From Eledone cirrhosa (lineage: Eukaryota): a stretch of 64,000 nt of DNA. The notes beneath the pieces are model-generated. The model was given only the letters and a program-made list of their open reading frames with translations. It was not told where the DNA came from and searched no databases. The stretch's first letter is position 1; each line of letters opens with the position of its first letter. Position numbers and translations under genes: made by a program. The stretch lies in NCBI GenBank assembly GCA_964016885.1, contig OZ024742.1, positions 368,466,001 to 368,530,000 of the forward strand, in the 5' to 3' direction. This document shows, piece by piece, positions 1-18,529 of this stretch.

Positions 1-3000
1 ACTACCAATACTACAGCCACTACTACTATCACTACCAATACTACAACCACCACTACCATCACTACCAATACTACTACCACTACTACCATCACTACCAATA
101 CTACAGCCACTACTACCATCACTACCAATACTACAGCCACTACTACTATCACTACCAATACTACAACCACCACTACCATCACTACCAATACTACAACCAC
201 CACTACCATCACTACCAATACTACAACCACCACTACCATCACTACCAATACTACAACCACCACTACCATCACTACCAATACTACTACCACTACTACCATC
301 ACTACCAATACTACAGCCACTACTACCATCACTACCAATACTACAGCCACTACTACTATCACTACCAATACTACAACCACCACTACCATCACTACCAATA
401 CTACAACCACCACTACCATCACTACCAATACTACAACCACCACTACCATCACTACCAATACTACAACCACCACTACCATCACTACCAATACTACTACCAC
501 TACTACCATCACTACCAATACTACAGCCACTACTACCATCACTACCAATACTACAGCCACTACTACTATCACTACCAATACTACAGCCACTACTACCATC
601 ACTACCAATACTACTACCACTACTACCATCACTTCCAATACTACAACCACTACTACCATCACTACCAATACTACAACCACCACTACCATCACTACCAATA
701 CTACAACCACTACTACCATCACTACCAATACTACAACCACTACTACCATCACTACCAATACTACAGCCACTACTACCATCACTACCAATACTACAACCAC
801 CACTACCATCACTACCAATACTACAACCACTACTACCATCACTACCAATACTACAACCATTACTACCATCACTACCAATACTACAACCACCACTACCATC
901 ACTACCAATACTACAACCACTACTAGCATCACTACCAATACTACAACCACCACTACCATCACTACCAATACTAGAACCACCACTACCATCACTACCAATA
1001 CTACAACCACCACTACCATCACTACCAATACTACTACCACTACTACCATCACTACCAATACTACAGCCACTACTACCATCACTACCAATACTACAGCCAC
1101 TACTACTATCACTACCAATACTACAGCCACTACTACCATCACTACCAATACTACAGCCACTACTACCACCACTACCAATACTACAACCACTACTACCATC
1201 ACTACCAATACTACAGCCACTACTACCATCACTACCAATACTACAGCCACTACTACCATCACTACCAATACTACTACCACTACTACCATCACTACCAATA
1301 CTACAGCCACTACTACCATCACTACCAATACTACAACCACTACTACCAACACTACCAATACTACAACCACTACTACCATCACTACCAATACTACAGCCAC
1401 TATTACCATCACTACCAATACTACAGCCACTACTACCACCACTACCAATACTACAGCCACTACTACCACCACTACCAATACTACAGCCACTACTACCATC
1501 ACTACCAATACTACAGCCACTACTACCATCACTACCAATACTACAACCACTACTACCAACACTACCAATACTACAACCACTACTACAATCACTACCAATA
1601 CTACAACCACTACTACCATCACTACCAATACTACAACCACTACTACCATCACCACCAATACTACAGCCACTACTACCATCACTACCAATACTACTACTAC
1701 CACTACCATCACTACCAATACTACAACCACTACTACCATCACTACCAATACTACAGCCACTACTACCATCACTACCAATACTACAACCACTACTACCACC
1801 ACTACCAATACTACAACCACTACTACCATCACTACCAATACTACAACCACCACTACCATCACAACCAATACTACAACCACTACTACCATCACTACCAATA
1901 CTACAACCACTACTACCATCACAACCAATACTACAACCACTACTACCATCACTACCAATACTACAACCACTACTACCATCACTACCAATACTACAACCAC
2001 TACTACCATCACTACCAATACTACAACCACTACTACCATCACTACCAATACTACAACCACTACTACCATCACTACCAATACTACAGCCACTACTACCATC
2101 ACTACCAATACTACAACCACTACTACCATCACTACCAATACTACAACCACTACTACCATCACTACCAATACTACAACCACTACTACCATCACTACCAATA
2201 CTACAACCACTACTACCATCACTACCAATACTACAACCACTACTACCATCACTACCAATACTACAACCACTACTACCATCACTACCAATACTACAACCAC
2301 TACTACCATCACTACCAATACTACAACCACTACTACCATCACTACCAATACTACAACCACTACTACCATCACTACCAATACTACAACCACTACTACCATC
2401 ACTACCAATACTACAACCACTACTACCATCACTACCAATACTACAACCACTACTACCATCACTACCAATACTACAGCCACTACCATCACTACCACTACTA
2501 CCATCACTACCAATACTACAGCCACCACTACCATCACTACCAATACTACAGCCACTACTACCATCACTACCAATACTACAACCACCACTCCCATCACTAC
2601 CAATACTACAACCACTACTACCATCACTACCAATACTACAGCCACTACTACCATCACTACCAATACTACAACCACCACTCCCATCACTACCAATACTACA
2701 ACCACTACTACCATCACTACCAATACTACAACCACTACTACCATCACTACCCATACTACAGCCACTACTACCATCACTACCAATACTACAACCACTACTA
2801 CCATCACTACCAATACTACAACCACTACTACCATCACTACCCATACTACAGCCACTACTACCATCACTACCAATACTACAACCACTACTACCATCACTAC
2901 CAATACTACAACCACTACTACCATCACTACCCATACTACAGCCACTACTACCATCACTACCAATACTACAACCACTACTACCATCACTACCAATACTACA

Positions 3001-6000
3001 GCCACTACTACCATCACTACCAATACTACAACCACCACTACCATCACTACCAATACTACAACCACCACTACCATCACTACCAATACTACAACCACTACTA
3101 CCATCACTACCAATACTACAGCCACTACTACCATCACTACCAATACTACAGCCACTACCATCACTACCAATACTACAACCACTACTACCATCACTACCAC
3201 TACTACTACCACTACTACCATCACTACCAATACTACAACCACCACTACCATCACTACCAATACTACAACCACCACTACCATCACTACCAATACTACAGCC
3301 ACTACTACCATCACTACCAATACTACTACCACTACTACCATCACTACCAATACTACAACCACTACTACCATCACTACCAATACTACAGCCACTACCATCA
3401 CTACCAATACTACAGCCACTACTACCATCACTACCAATACTACAGCCACTACTACCATCACTACCAATACTACAACCACTACTACCATCACTACCAATAC
3501 TACTACCACTACTACCATCACTACCAATACTACAACCACTACTACCATCACTACCAATACTACAACCACTACTACCACCACTACCAATACTACAACCACC
3601 ACTACCATCACTACCAATACTACAGCCACTACTACCATCACTACCAATACTACAACCACTACTACCATCACTACCAATACTACAGCCACTACCATCACTA
3701 CCAATACTACAGCCACTACTACCATCACTACCAATACTACAACCACTACTACCATCACTACCAATACTACAGCCACCACTACCATCACTACCAATACTAC
3801 TACCACTACTACCATCACTACCAATACTACAACCACTACTACCATCACTACCAATACTACAGCCACTACCATCACTACCAATACTACAGCCACTACTACC
3901 ATCACTACCACTACTACCATCACTACCAATACTACAACCACTACTACCACCACTACCAATACTACAACCACCACTACCATCACTACCAATACTACAACCA
4001 CTACTACCATCACTACCACTACTACCATCACTACCAATACTACAACCACTACTACCACCACTACCAATACTACAACCACCACTACCATCACTACCAATAC
4101 TACAACCACTACTACCATCACTACCAATACTACAGCCACTACTACCATCACTACCAATACTACAACCACTACTACCATCACTACCAATACTACAACCACC
4201 ACTACCATCACTACCAATACTACAGCCACTACTACCATCACTACCAATACTACTACCACTACTACCATCACTACCAATACTACAACCACTACTACCATCA
4301 CTACCAATACTACAGCCACTACCATCACTACCAATACTACAGCCACTACTACCATCACTACCAATACTACAACCACTACTACCATCACTACCAATACTAC
4401 AGCCACCACTACCATCACTACCAATACTACAGCCACTACTACCATCACTACCAATACTACTACCACTACTACCATCACTACCAATACTACAACCACTACT
4501 ACCATCACTACCAATACTACAGCCACTACCATCACTACCAATACTACAGCCACTACTACCATCACTACCAATACTACAACCACTACTACCATCACTACCA
4601 ATACTACAACCACTACTACCATCACTACCAATACTACAGCCACCACTACCATCACTACCAATACTACAGCCACTACTACCATCACTACCAATACTACAAC
4701 CACTACTACCATCACTACCAATACTACAGCCACCACTACCATCACTACCAATACTACAACCACTACTACCATCACTACCAATACTACAGCCACTACCATC
4801 ACTACCAATACTACAGCCACTACTACCATCACTACCAATACTACAACCACAACTACCATCACTACCAATACTACAGCCACTATTACCATCACTACCAATA
4901 CTACAACCACCACTCCCATCACTACCAATACTACAGCCACTATTACCATCACTACCAATACTACAACCACAACTACCAACACTACCAATACTACAACCAC
5001 TACTACCATCACTACCAATACTACAGCCACTACTACCATCACTACCAATACTACAACCACTACTACCATCACTACCAATACTACAGCCACTGCTACCATC
5101 ACTACCAATACTACAACCACAACTACCATCACTACCAATACTACAGCCACTACTACCATCACTACCAATACTACAACCACCACTCCCATCACTACCAATA
5201 CTACAGCCACTACTACCATCACTACCAATACTACAACCACCACTCCCATCACTACCAATACTACAACCACTACTACCATCACTACCAATACTACAACCAC
5301 TACTACCATCACTACCAATACTACAACCACTACTACCATCACTACCAATACTACAACCACCACTCCCATCACTACCAATACTACAACCACTACTACCATC
5401 ACTACCAATACTACAACCACTACTACCATCACTACCAATACTACAGCCACCACTACCATCACTACCAATACTACAACCACTACTACCATCACTACCAATA
5501 CTACAACCACTACTACCATCACTACCAATACTACAACCACCACTCCCATCACTACCAATACTACAGCCACTACCTTCACTACCAATACTACAACCACTAC
5601 TACCATCACTACCAATACTACAACCACTACTACCATCACTACCAATACTACAACCACCACTCCCATCACTACCAATACTACTACCACTACCATCACTACC
5701 TATACTACAGCCACTACTACCATCACTACCACTACTACCAATACTACAGCCACCACTCCCATCACTACCAATACTACCAATACTACAGCCACTACTACCA
5801 TCACTACCACTACTACCAATACTACAGCCACCACTCCCATCACTACCAATACTACCAACACTACAGCCACCACTCCCATCACTACCATTACTACCAATAC
5901 TACAACCACTACTACCATCACTACCACTACTACCAATACTACAGCCACCACTCCCATCACTACCACTACTACCAATACTACAGCCACCACTCCCATCACT

Positions 6001-9000
6001 ACCATTACTACCAATACTACAGCCACTACTACCATCACTACCACTACTACCATCACTACCAATACTACAACCACTACTACCATCACTACCAATACTACAA
6101 CCACCACTACCACCACTACCAATACTACAGCCACTATTACCATCACTACCAATACTACAACCTCTACTACCATCACTACCAATACTACTACCACTACCAT
6201 CACTACCAATACTACAACCACTACTACCATCACTACCAATACTACAAACACTACTACCATCACTACCAATGCTACAACCACTACTACCATCACTACCAAT
6301 ACTACAACCACCACTCCCATCACTACCAATACTACAACCACTACTACCATCACTACCAATACTACAACCACTACTACCATCACTACCAATACTACAGCCA
6401 CTACTACCGTCACTACCAATACTACAACCACTACTACCATCACTACCAATACTACTACCACTACTACCATCACTACCAATACTACAGCCACTACTACCAT
6501 CACTACCAATACTACAGCCACTACTACCATCACTACCAATACTACAGCCACTACAACCATCACTACCAATACTACTACCACTACTACCATCACTACCAAT
6601 ACTACAGCCACTACTACCGTCACTACCAATACTACAACCACTACTACCATCACTACCAATACTACTACTACCACTACCATCACTACCTATACTACAGCCA
6701 CTACTACCATCACTCTCAATACTACAACCCCTACTACCATCACTACCAATACTACAACCCCTACTACCATCACTACCAATACTACAACTCCTACTACCAT
6801 CACTACCAATACTACAACCACTACTACCATCACTACCAATACTACTACTACCACTACAATCACTACCAATACTACTACTACCACCACTACCAATACTACA
6901 ACCACTACTACCGTCCCTACCAATACTACAACCACTACTACCATCACTACCTATACTACAGCCACTACTACCATCACTACCAATACTACAACCACTACTA
7001 CCACCACTACCAATACTACAACCACTACTACCGTCACTACCAATACTACTACTACCATCACTACCAATACTACAACCACTACTACCATCACTACCAATAC
7101 TACAACCCCTACTACCATCACTACCAATACTACAACCACTACTACCACCACTACCAATACTACAACCACTACTACCGTCCCTACCAATACTACAACCACT
7201 ACTACCATCACTACCTATACTACAGCCACTACTACCATCACTACCAATACTACAACCACTACTACCACCACTACCAATACTACAACCACTACTACCGTCA
7301 CTACCAATACTACTACTACCATCACTACCTATACTACAACCACTACTACCATCACTACCAATACTACAACCACTACTACCACCACTACCAATACTACAAC
7401 CACTACTACCGTCACTACCAATACTACTACTACCATCACTACCAATACTACAACCACTACTACCATCACTACCAATACTACAACCACTACTACCATCACT
7501 ACCAATAATACAACCCCTACTACCATCACTACCAATACTACAACCACTACTACCTTCACTACCAATACTACAACCACCACTACCATCACTACCAATACTA
7601 CAACCACTACTACCATCACTACCAATACTACAACCACTACTACCTTCACTACCAATACTACAACCACCACTACCATCACTACCAATACTACAACCACTAC
7701 TACCATCACTACCAATACTACAGCCACCACTACCATCACTACCAATACTACAACCACCACTACCATCACTACCAATACTACAGCCACTACTACCTTCACT
7801 ACCAATACTACAACCACCACTACCATCACTACCAATACTACAGCCACTACTACCATCACTACCAATACTACAACCACTACTACCATCACTACCAATACTA
7901 CTACCACTACTACCATCACTACCAATACTACTACCACTACTACCATCACTACCAATACTACTACCACTACTACCATCACTACCAATACTACAGCCATTAC
8001 TACCATCACTACCAATACTACTACCACCACTACCATCACTACCAATACTACAGCCACTACTACCATCACTACCAATACTACAACCACTACTACCATCACT
8101 ACCAATACTACAACCACTACTACCGTCCCTACCAATACTACTACCACTACTACCACCACTACCAATACTACAGCCACTACTACCATCACTACCAATACTA
8201 CAACCACTACTACCATCACTACCAATACTACAACCACTACTACCATCACTACCAATACTACAACCACTACTACCATCACTACCAATACTACAACCTCCAC
8301 TACCATCACAACCAATACTACAACCACTACTACCATCACTACCAATACTACAACCACCACTACCATCACAACCAATACTACAACCACTACTACCATCACT
8401 ACCAATACTACAACCACTACTACCATCACTACCAATACTACAACCACTACTACCATCACTACCAATACTACAACCACTACTACCATCACTACCAATACTA
8501 CAACCACTACTACCATCACTACCAATACTACAGCCACTACTACCATCACTACCAATACTACAACCACTACTACCATCACTACCAATACTACAACCACTAC
8601 TACCATCACTACCAATACTACAACCACTACTACCATCACTACCAATACTACAACCACTACTACCATCACTACCAATACTACAACCACTACTACCATCACT
8701 ACCAATACTACAACCACTACTACCATCACTACCAATACTACAACCACTACTACCATCACTACCAATACTACAACCACTACTACCATCACTACCAATACTA
8801 CAACCACTACTACCATCACTACCAATACTACAACCACTACTACCATCACTACCAATACTACAACCACTACTACCATCACTACCAATACTACAACCACTAT
8901 TACCATCACTACCAATACTACAACCACTACTACCATCACTACCAATACTACAACCACTACTACCATCACTACCAATACTACAACCACCACTCCCATCACT

Positions 9001-12000
9001 ACCAATACTACAACCACTACTACCATCACTACCAATACTACAACCACTACTACCATCACTACCAATACTACAACCACTATTACCATCACTACCAATACTA
9101 CAACCACTACTACCATCACTACCAATACTACAACCACTACTACCATCACTACCAATACTACAACCACTACTACCATCACTACCAATACTACAACCACTAC
9201 TACCATCACTACCAATACTACAACCACTATTACCATCACTACCAATACTACAACCACTACTACCATCACTACCAATACTACAACCACTACTACCATCACT
9301 ACCAATACTACAACCACTACTACCATCACTACCAATACTACAGCCACTACTACCATCACTACCAATACTACAGCCACTACCATCACTACCACTACTACCA
9401 TCACTACCAATACTACAGCCACCACTACCATCACTACCAATACTACAGCCACTACTACCATCACTACCAATACTACAACCACCACTCCCATCACTACCAA
9501 TACTACAACCACTACTACCATCACTACCAATACTACAGCCACTACTACCATCACTACCAATACTACAACCACCACTCCCATCACTACCAATACTACAACC
9601 ACTACTACCACCACTACCAATACTACAACCACTACTACCATCACTACCAATACTACAACCACTACTACCATCACTACCCATACTACAGCCACTACTACCA
9701 TTACTACCAATACTACAACCACTACTACCATCACTACCAATACTACAACCACTACTACCATCACTACCAATACTACAGCCACTACTACCATCACTACCAA
9801 TACTACAACCACTACTACCATCACTACCAATACTACAGCCACTACCATCACTACCACTACTACCATCACTACCAATACTACAGCCACTACTACCATCACT
9901 ACCAATACTACAGCCACTACTACCATCACTACCAATACTACAGCCACTACTACCATCACTACCAATACTACAGCCACTACCATCACTACCACTACTACCA
10001 TCACTACCAATACTACAGCCACTACTACCATCACTACCAATACTACAGCCACTACCATCACTACCACTACTACCATCACTACCAATACTACAACCACTAC
10101 TACCATCACTACCAATACTACAACCACTACTACCATCACTACCAATACTACAACCACTACTACCATCACTACCAATACTACAACCACTACTACCATCACT
10201 ACCAATACTACAACCACTATTACCATCACTACCAATACTACAACCACTACTACCATCACTACCAATACTACAACCACTACTACCATCACTACCAATACTA
10301 CAGCCACTACTACCATCACTACCAATACTACAGCCACTACCATCACTACCACTACTACCATCACTACCAATACTACAGCCACTACTACCATCACTACCAA
10401 TACTACAACCACCACTCCCATCACTACCAATACTACAACCACTACTACCATCACTACCAATACTACAGCCACTACTACCATCACTACCAATACTACAACC
10501 ACCACTCCCATCACTACCAATACTACAACCACTACTACCATCACTACCAATACTACAACCACTACTACCATCACTACCCATACTACAGCCACTACTACCA
10601 TTACTACCAATACTACAACCACTACTACCGTCACTACCAATACTACAACCACTACTACCATCACTACCAATACTTCCAATACTACAGCCACTACTACCAT
10701 CACTACCACTACTACCAATACTACAGCCACCACTCCCATCACTACCAATACTACCAATACTACAGCCACCACTCCCATCACTACCATTACTACCAATACT
10801 ACAACCACTACTACCATCACTACCACTACTACCAATACTACAGCCCCACTCCCATCACTACCACTACTACCAATACTACAGCCACCACTCCCATCACTAC
10901 CATTACTACCAATACTACAGCCACTACTACCATCACTACCACTACTACCATCACTACCAATACTACAACCACTACTACCATCACTACCAATACTACAACC
11001 ACCACTACCACCACTACCAATACTACAGCCACTATTACCATCACTACCAATACTACAACCTCTACTACCATCACTACCAATACTACTACCACTACCATCA
11101 CTACCAATACTACAACCACTACTACCATCACTACCAATACTACAACCACTACTACCATCACTACCAATACTACAACCACTACTACCATCACTACCAATAC
11201 TACAACCACCACTCCCATCACTACCAATACTACAACCACTACTACCATCACTACCAATACTACAACCACTACTACCATCACTACCAATACTACTACCACT
11301 ACTACCATCACTACCAATACTACAGCCACTACTACCGTCACTACCAATACTACAACCACTACTACCATCACTACCAATACTACTACTACCACTACCATCA
11401 CTACCTATACTACAGCCACTACTACCATCACTCTCAATACTACAACCCCTACTACCATCACTACCAATACTACAACCCCTACTACCATCACTACCAATAC
11501 TACAACCCCTACTACCATCACTACCAATACTACAACCACTACTACCATCACTACCAATACTACTACTACCACTACAATCACTACCAATACTACTACTACC
11601 ACCACTACCAATACTACAACCACTACTACCGTCCCTACCAATACTACAACCACTACTACCATCACTACCTATACTACAGCCACTACTACCATCACTACCA
11701 ATACTACAACCCCTACTACCATCACTACCAATACTACAACCACTACTACCACCACTACCAATACTGCAACCACTACTACCGTCCCTACCAATACTACAAC
11801 AACTACTACCATCACTACCTATACTACAGCCACTACTACCATCACTACCAATACTACAACCACTACTACCACCACTACCAATACTACAACCACTACTACC
11901 GTCACTACCAATACTACTACTACCATCACTACCAATACTACAACCACTACTACCATCACTACCAATACTACAACCCCTACTACCATCACTACCAATACTA

Positions 12001-15000
12001 CAACCACTACTACCTTCACTACCAATACTACAACCACCACTACCATCACTACCAATACTACAACCACTACTACCATCACTACCAATACTACAACCACTAC
12101 TACCTTCACTACCAATACTACAGCCACTATTACCATCACTACCAATACTACTACCACTACTACCATCACTACCAATACTACAACCACTACTACCATCACT
12201 ACCAATACTACAACTACTACTACCATCACTACCAATACTACAACCACTACTACCTTCACTACCAATACTACAACCACTACTACCTTCACTACCAATACTA
12301 CAACCACTACTACCATCACTACCAATACTACAACCACTACTACCATCACTACCAATACTACAACCACCACTACCATCACTACCAATACTACAGCCACTAC
12401 TACCATCACTACCAATACTACAACCACTACTACCTTCACTACCAATACTACAACCACTACTACCTTCACTACCAATACTACAACCACTACTACCTTCACT
12501 ACCAATACTACAGCCACCACTACCATCACTACCAATACTACAACCACTACTACCATCACTACCAATACTACAGCCACCACTACCATCACTACCAATACTA
12601 CTACCACCACTACCATCACTACCAATACTACAACCACTACTACCATCACTACCAATACTACAACCACTACTACCATCACTACCAATACTACAACCACTAC
12701 TACCGTCCCTACCAATACTACTACCACTACTAACACCACTACCAATACTACAGCCACTACTACCATCACTACCAATACTACAGCCACTACTACCATCACT
12801 ACCAATACTACAACCACCACTACCATCACTACCAATACTACAGCCACTACTACCATCACTACCAATACTACAACCACCACTACCATCACTACCAATACTA
12901 CTACCACTACTACCATCACTACCAATACTACAGCCACTACCATCACTACCAATACTACAGCCACTACTACCATCACTACCAATACTACAACCACCACTAC
13001 CATCACTACCAATACTACTACCACTACTACCATCACTACCAATACTACAGCCACTACCATCACTACCAATACTACTACCACTACTACCATCACTACCAAT
13101 ACTACAACCACCACTACCATCACTACCAATACTACAGCCACTACTACCATCACTACCAATACTACAACCACTACTACCATCACTACCAATACTACAACCA
13201 CCACTACCATCACTACCAATACTACAGCCACCACTACCATCACTACCAATACTACAGCCACCACTACCATCACTACCAATACTACAACCACCACTACCAT
13301 CACTACCAATACTACAGCCACCACTACCATCACTACCAATACTACAACCACTACTACCATCACTACCAATACTACAACCACCACTACCATCACTACCAAT
13401 ACTACAGCCACCACTACCATCACTACCAATACTACAACCACCACTACCATCACTACCAATACTACAACCACCACTACCATCACTACCAATACTACAACCA
13501 CCACTACCATCACTACCAATACTACAGCCACCACTACCATCACTACCAATACTACAACCACCACTACCATCACTACCAATACTACAACCACTACTACCAT
13601 CACTACCAATACTACAACCACCACTACCATCACTACCAATACTACAGCCACTACTACCATCACTACCAATACTACAACCACCACTACCATCACTACCAAT
13701 ACTACAGCCACCACTACCATCACTACCAATACTACAGCCACCACTACCATCACTACCAATACTACAGCCACTACTACCATCACTACCAATACTACAGCCA
13801 CTACTACTATCACTACCAATACTACAACCACCACTACCATCACTACCAATACTACAACCACCACTACCACCACTACCCATGCTACAGCCACTACTACCTT
13901 CACTACCACTACTACAGCCACTACTACCATCACTACCAATACTACAGCCACTACTACCATCACTACCAATACTACTACCACTACTACCACCACTACCAAT
14001 ACTACAGCCACTACTACCATCACTACCGATACTACATCCACTACTACCATCACTACCAATACTACAGCCACTACTACCATCACTACCAATACTACAACCA
14101 CCACTACCATTACTACCGATACTACAACCACCACTACCATCACTACCAATACTACAACCACTACTACCATCACTACCAATACTACAACCACTACTACCAT
14201 CACAACCAATACTACAACCACTACTACCATCACTACCAATACTACAACCACTACTACCATCACTACCAATACTACAACCACTACTACCATCACTACCAAT
14301 ACTACAGCCACTACTACCATCACTACCAATACTACAACCACTACTACCATCACTACCAATACTACAACCACTACTACCATCACTACCAATACTACAACCA
14401 CTACTACCATCACTACCAATACTACAACCACCACTACCATCACTACCAGTACTACAGCCACTACTACCATCACTACCAATACTACAACCACTACTACCAT
14501 CACTACCAATACTACAACCACTACTACCATCACAACCAATACTACAACCACTACTACCATCACTACCAATACTACAACCACTACTACCATCACAACCAAT
14601 ACTACAACCACTACTACCATCACTACCAATACTACAACCACTACTACCATCACAACCAATACTACAACCACCACTACCATCACTACCAATACTACAGCCA
14701 CTACTACCATCACTACCAATACTACAACCACTACTACCATCACTACCAATACTACTACCACTACTACCATCACTACCAATACTACAGCCACTACTACCAT
14801 CACTACCAATACTACAACCACTACTACCATCACTACCAATACTACAACCACTACTACCATCACAACCAATACTACAACCACTACTACCATCACTACCAAT
14901 ACTACAACCACTACTACCATCACAACCAATACTACAACCACCACTACCATCACTACCAATACTACAACTACTACTACCATCACAACCAATACTACAACCA

Positions 15001-17950
15001 CTACTACCATCACTACCAATACTACAACCACCACTACCATCACTACCAATACTACAACTACTACTACCATCACTACCAATACTACAACCACTACTACCAT
15101 CACTACCAATACTACAACCACCACTACCATCACTACCAATACTACAACTACTACTACCATCACTACCAATACTACAACCACTACTAACATCACTACCAAT
15201 ACTACAACCACCACTACCATCACTACCAATACTACAACTACTACTACCATCACTACCAATACTACAACCACCACTACCATCACTACCAATACTACAGCCA
15301 CTACTACCATCACTACCAATACTACAGCCACTACTACCATCACTACCAATACTACAACCACTACTACCATCACTACCAATACTACAACCACTACTACCAC
15401 CACTACCCATACTACAACCACTACTACCATCACTACCAATACTACAACCACTACTACCATCACTACCAATACTACAACCACTACTACCATCACAACCAAT
15501 ACTACAGCCACTACTACCATCACTACCAATACTACAGCCACTACTACCATCACTACCAATACTACAACCACTACTACCATCACTACCAATACTACAACCA
15601 CTACTACCACCACTACCCATACTACAACCACTACTACCATCACTACCAATACTACAACCACTACTACCATCACAACCAATACTACAGCCACTACTACCAT
15701 CACTACCAATACTACAGCCACTACTACCATCACTACCAATACTACAGCCACTACTACCATCACTACTAATACTACTACCACTACTACCACCACTACCAAT
15801 ACTACAACCACTACTACCATCACTACCAATACTACAACCACTACTACCATCACTACCAATACTACAACCACTACTACCATCACTACTAATACTACTACCA
15901 CTACTACCACCACTACCAATACTACAACCACTACTACCATCACAACCAATACTACAGCCACTACTACCATCACTACCAATACTACAACCACTACTACCAT
16001 CACAACCAATACTACAGCCACTACTACCATCACTACCAATACTACAGCCACTACTACCATCACTACCAATACTACAACCACCACTACCATCACTACCAAT
16101 ACTACAACCACTACTACCACCACTACCAATACTACAACCACTACTACCATCACTGCCCATACTACAACCACTACTACCATCACTACCAATACTACAACCA
16201 CTACTACCATCACTACCAATACTACAGCCACTACTACCATCACTACCAATACTACAACCACTACTACCATCACTACCAATACTACAACCACTACTACCAT
16301 CACTACCAATACTACAACCACTACTACCACCACTACCCATACTACAACCACTACTACCATCACTACCAATACTACAACCACTACTACCATCACTACCAAT
16401 ACTACAGCCACTACTACCACCACTACCCATACTACAACCACTACTACCGTCACTACCAATACTACAACCACTACTACCATCACTACCAATACTACAACCA
16501 CCACTACCATCACTACCAATACTACAGCCACTACTACCATCACTACTAATACTACTACCACTACTACCACCACTACCAATACTACAACCACTACTACCAT
16601 CACTACCAATACTACAACCACTACTACCATCACTACCAATACTACAACCACTACTACCATCACTGCCAATACTACAACCACTACTACCATCACTACCAAT
16701 ACTACAGCCACTACTACCATCACTGCCAATACTACAACCACCACTACCACCACTACCAATACTACAGCCACTACTACCATCACTACCAATACTACAGCCA
16801 CTACTACCATCACTACCAATACTACAACCACCACTACCATCACTACCAATACTACAGCCACTACTACCATCACTACTAATACTACTACCACTACTACCAC
16901 CACTACCAATACTACAACCACTACTACCATCACTACCAATACTACAACCACTACTACCATCACTACCAATACTACAACCACTACTACCATCACTACCAAT
17001 ACTACAGCCACTACTACCATCACTACCAATACTACAACCACTACTACCATCACTACCAATACTACAACCACTACTACCACCACTACCAATACTACAACCA
17101 CTACTACCATCACTACCAATACTACAACCACTACTACCATCACTACCAATACTACAACCACTACTACCATCACTACCAATACTACAACCACTACTACCAT
17201 CACTACCAATACTACAACCACTACTACCATCACTACCAATACTACAGCCACTACTACCATCACTACCAATACTACAGCCACTACTACCATCACTACCAAT
17301 ACTACAACCACTACTACCATCACTACCAATACTACAACCACTACTACCACCACTACCAATACTACAGCCACTACTACCGTCACTACCAATACTACAACCA
17401 CTACTACCATCACTACCAATACTACAACCACTACTACCATCACTACCAATACTACAACCACTACTACCACCACTACCAATACTACAGCCACTACTACCGT
17501 CACTACCAATACTACAACCACTACTACCATCACTACCAATACTACAACCACTACTACCGTCACTACCAATACTACAACCACTACTACCATCACTACCAAT
17601 ACTACAGCCACTACTACCGTCACTACCAATACTACAACCACTACTACCATCACTACCAATACTACAACCACTACTACCGTCACTACCAATACTACAACCA
17701 CTACTACCGTCACTACCAATACTACAGCCACTACTACCGTCACTACCAATACTACAGCCACTACTACCATCACTACCAATACTACAACCACTACTACCAC
17801 CACTACCAATACTACAGCCACTACTACCATCACTACCAATACTACAACCACTACTACCACCACTACCCATACAACTACCACTACTACCATCACTACCAAT
17901 ACTACAACCACTACTACCACCGCTACCCATACTACAACCACTACTACTAC
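1..17950. repeat. 30-bp tandem satellite (ACTACCAATACTACAACCACTACTACCATC), ~600 copies, truncated by window start
   Basis: Period of 30 is directly visible. Most indels are multiples of 3. All long ORF-track entries here (LQPLLPSLPI, GSDGSSGCSI, poly-V) are translations of this unit. Confidence 0.97.
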
Positions 17951-17984
17951 AAACAGTACTACAAGTCTATATATAGTCTGTCTT

Positions 17985-18212
17985 AAGCCAGGAGTCTCGT
18001 TAGACCAGTACTTATTCCGCTTTCATGGCGTGAAGCGACTGAGAGTACAAGACTATCCCCTGGACAGGACGCCAGTCCATCGCAGGTTTAAACACCCAGC
18101 TATTACTGGTACTCATTTTCAGTGGAGTATACTGGAGCAACGTGAAATGAAGTGTCGTGCTCAAGAACGCAACACGCAGCCCAGGAATCGAACCCACGAC
18201 ATTATGATCGTA
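17985..18212 (-). mobile_element. tRNA-derived SINE with CORE-like body (family A)
   Basis: The minus strand has B-box GGTTCGATTCC, then gttcttgagcacgacacttcatttcacgttgctccag. Homologous to copies at 21288, 36200 and 37360. Confidence 0.8.
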
Positions 18213-18344
18213 CATCCAATACTACTAATATAATTACCACCAATACCACTATAGTAATTATTGGCCACTAGAGCCAGAATATTTAGGGGCCACGCAGATC
18301 CGAACTACCCTAAACACCACCACGCTAATATCACTAATAATAGT

Positions 18345-18522
18345 TGTTTCTACTTTTGGCACAATGCCAGCAATTACCCAGTACATTACTTGTACTTTAT
18401 TTATTCGACCCCGTAAGGATGAAAGGCAAAGTTAACCTCGGCGGGATTTGAACTCAGATCATAAAGGGAGGTAACTCTATGCTTCAAAGCATGGCGCCTG
18501 ACCCTCTACCGATACTGCCAAT
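18345..18522 (-). mobile_element. tRNA-derived SINE (family B)
   Basis: Reverse complement of the gagttcaaatcccgccgaggttaactttgcctttcatccttacggggtcgataaaataaagtaccag body repeated many times in the window. Confidence 0.85.
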
Positions 18523-18529
18523 CACATAT

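Noticed and set aside
5700-17976. Giant ORFs (poly-V, GSDGSSGCSI, LQPLLPSLPI, His/Tyr-rich)
   Set aside because: Translations of a stop-poor 30-bp unit, open in most frames on both strands, with no unique domain.
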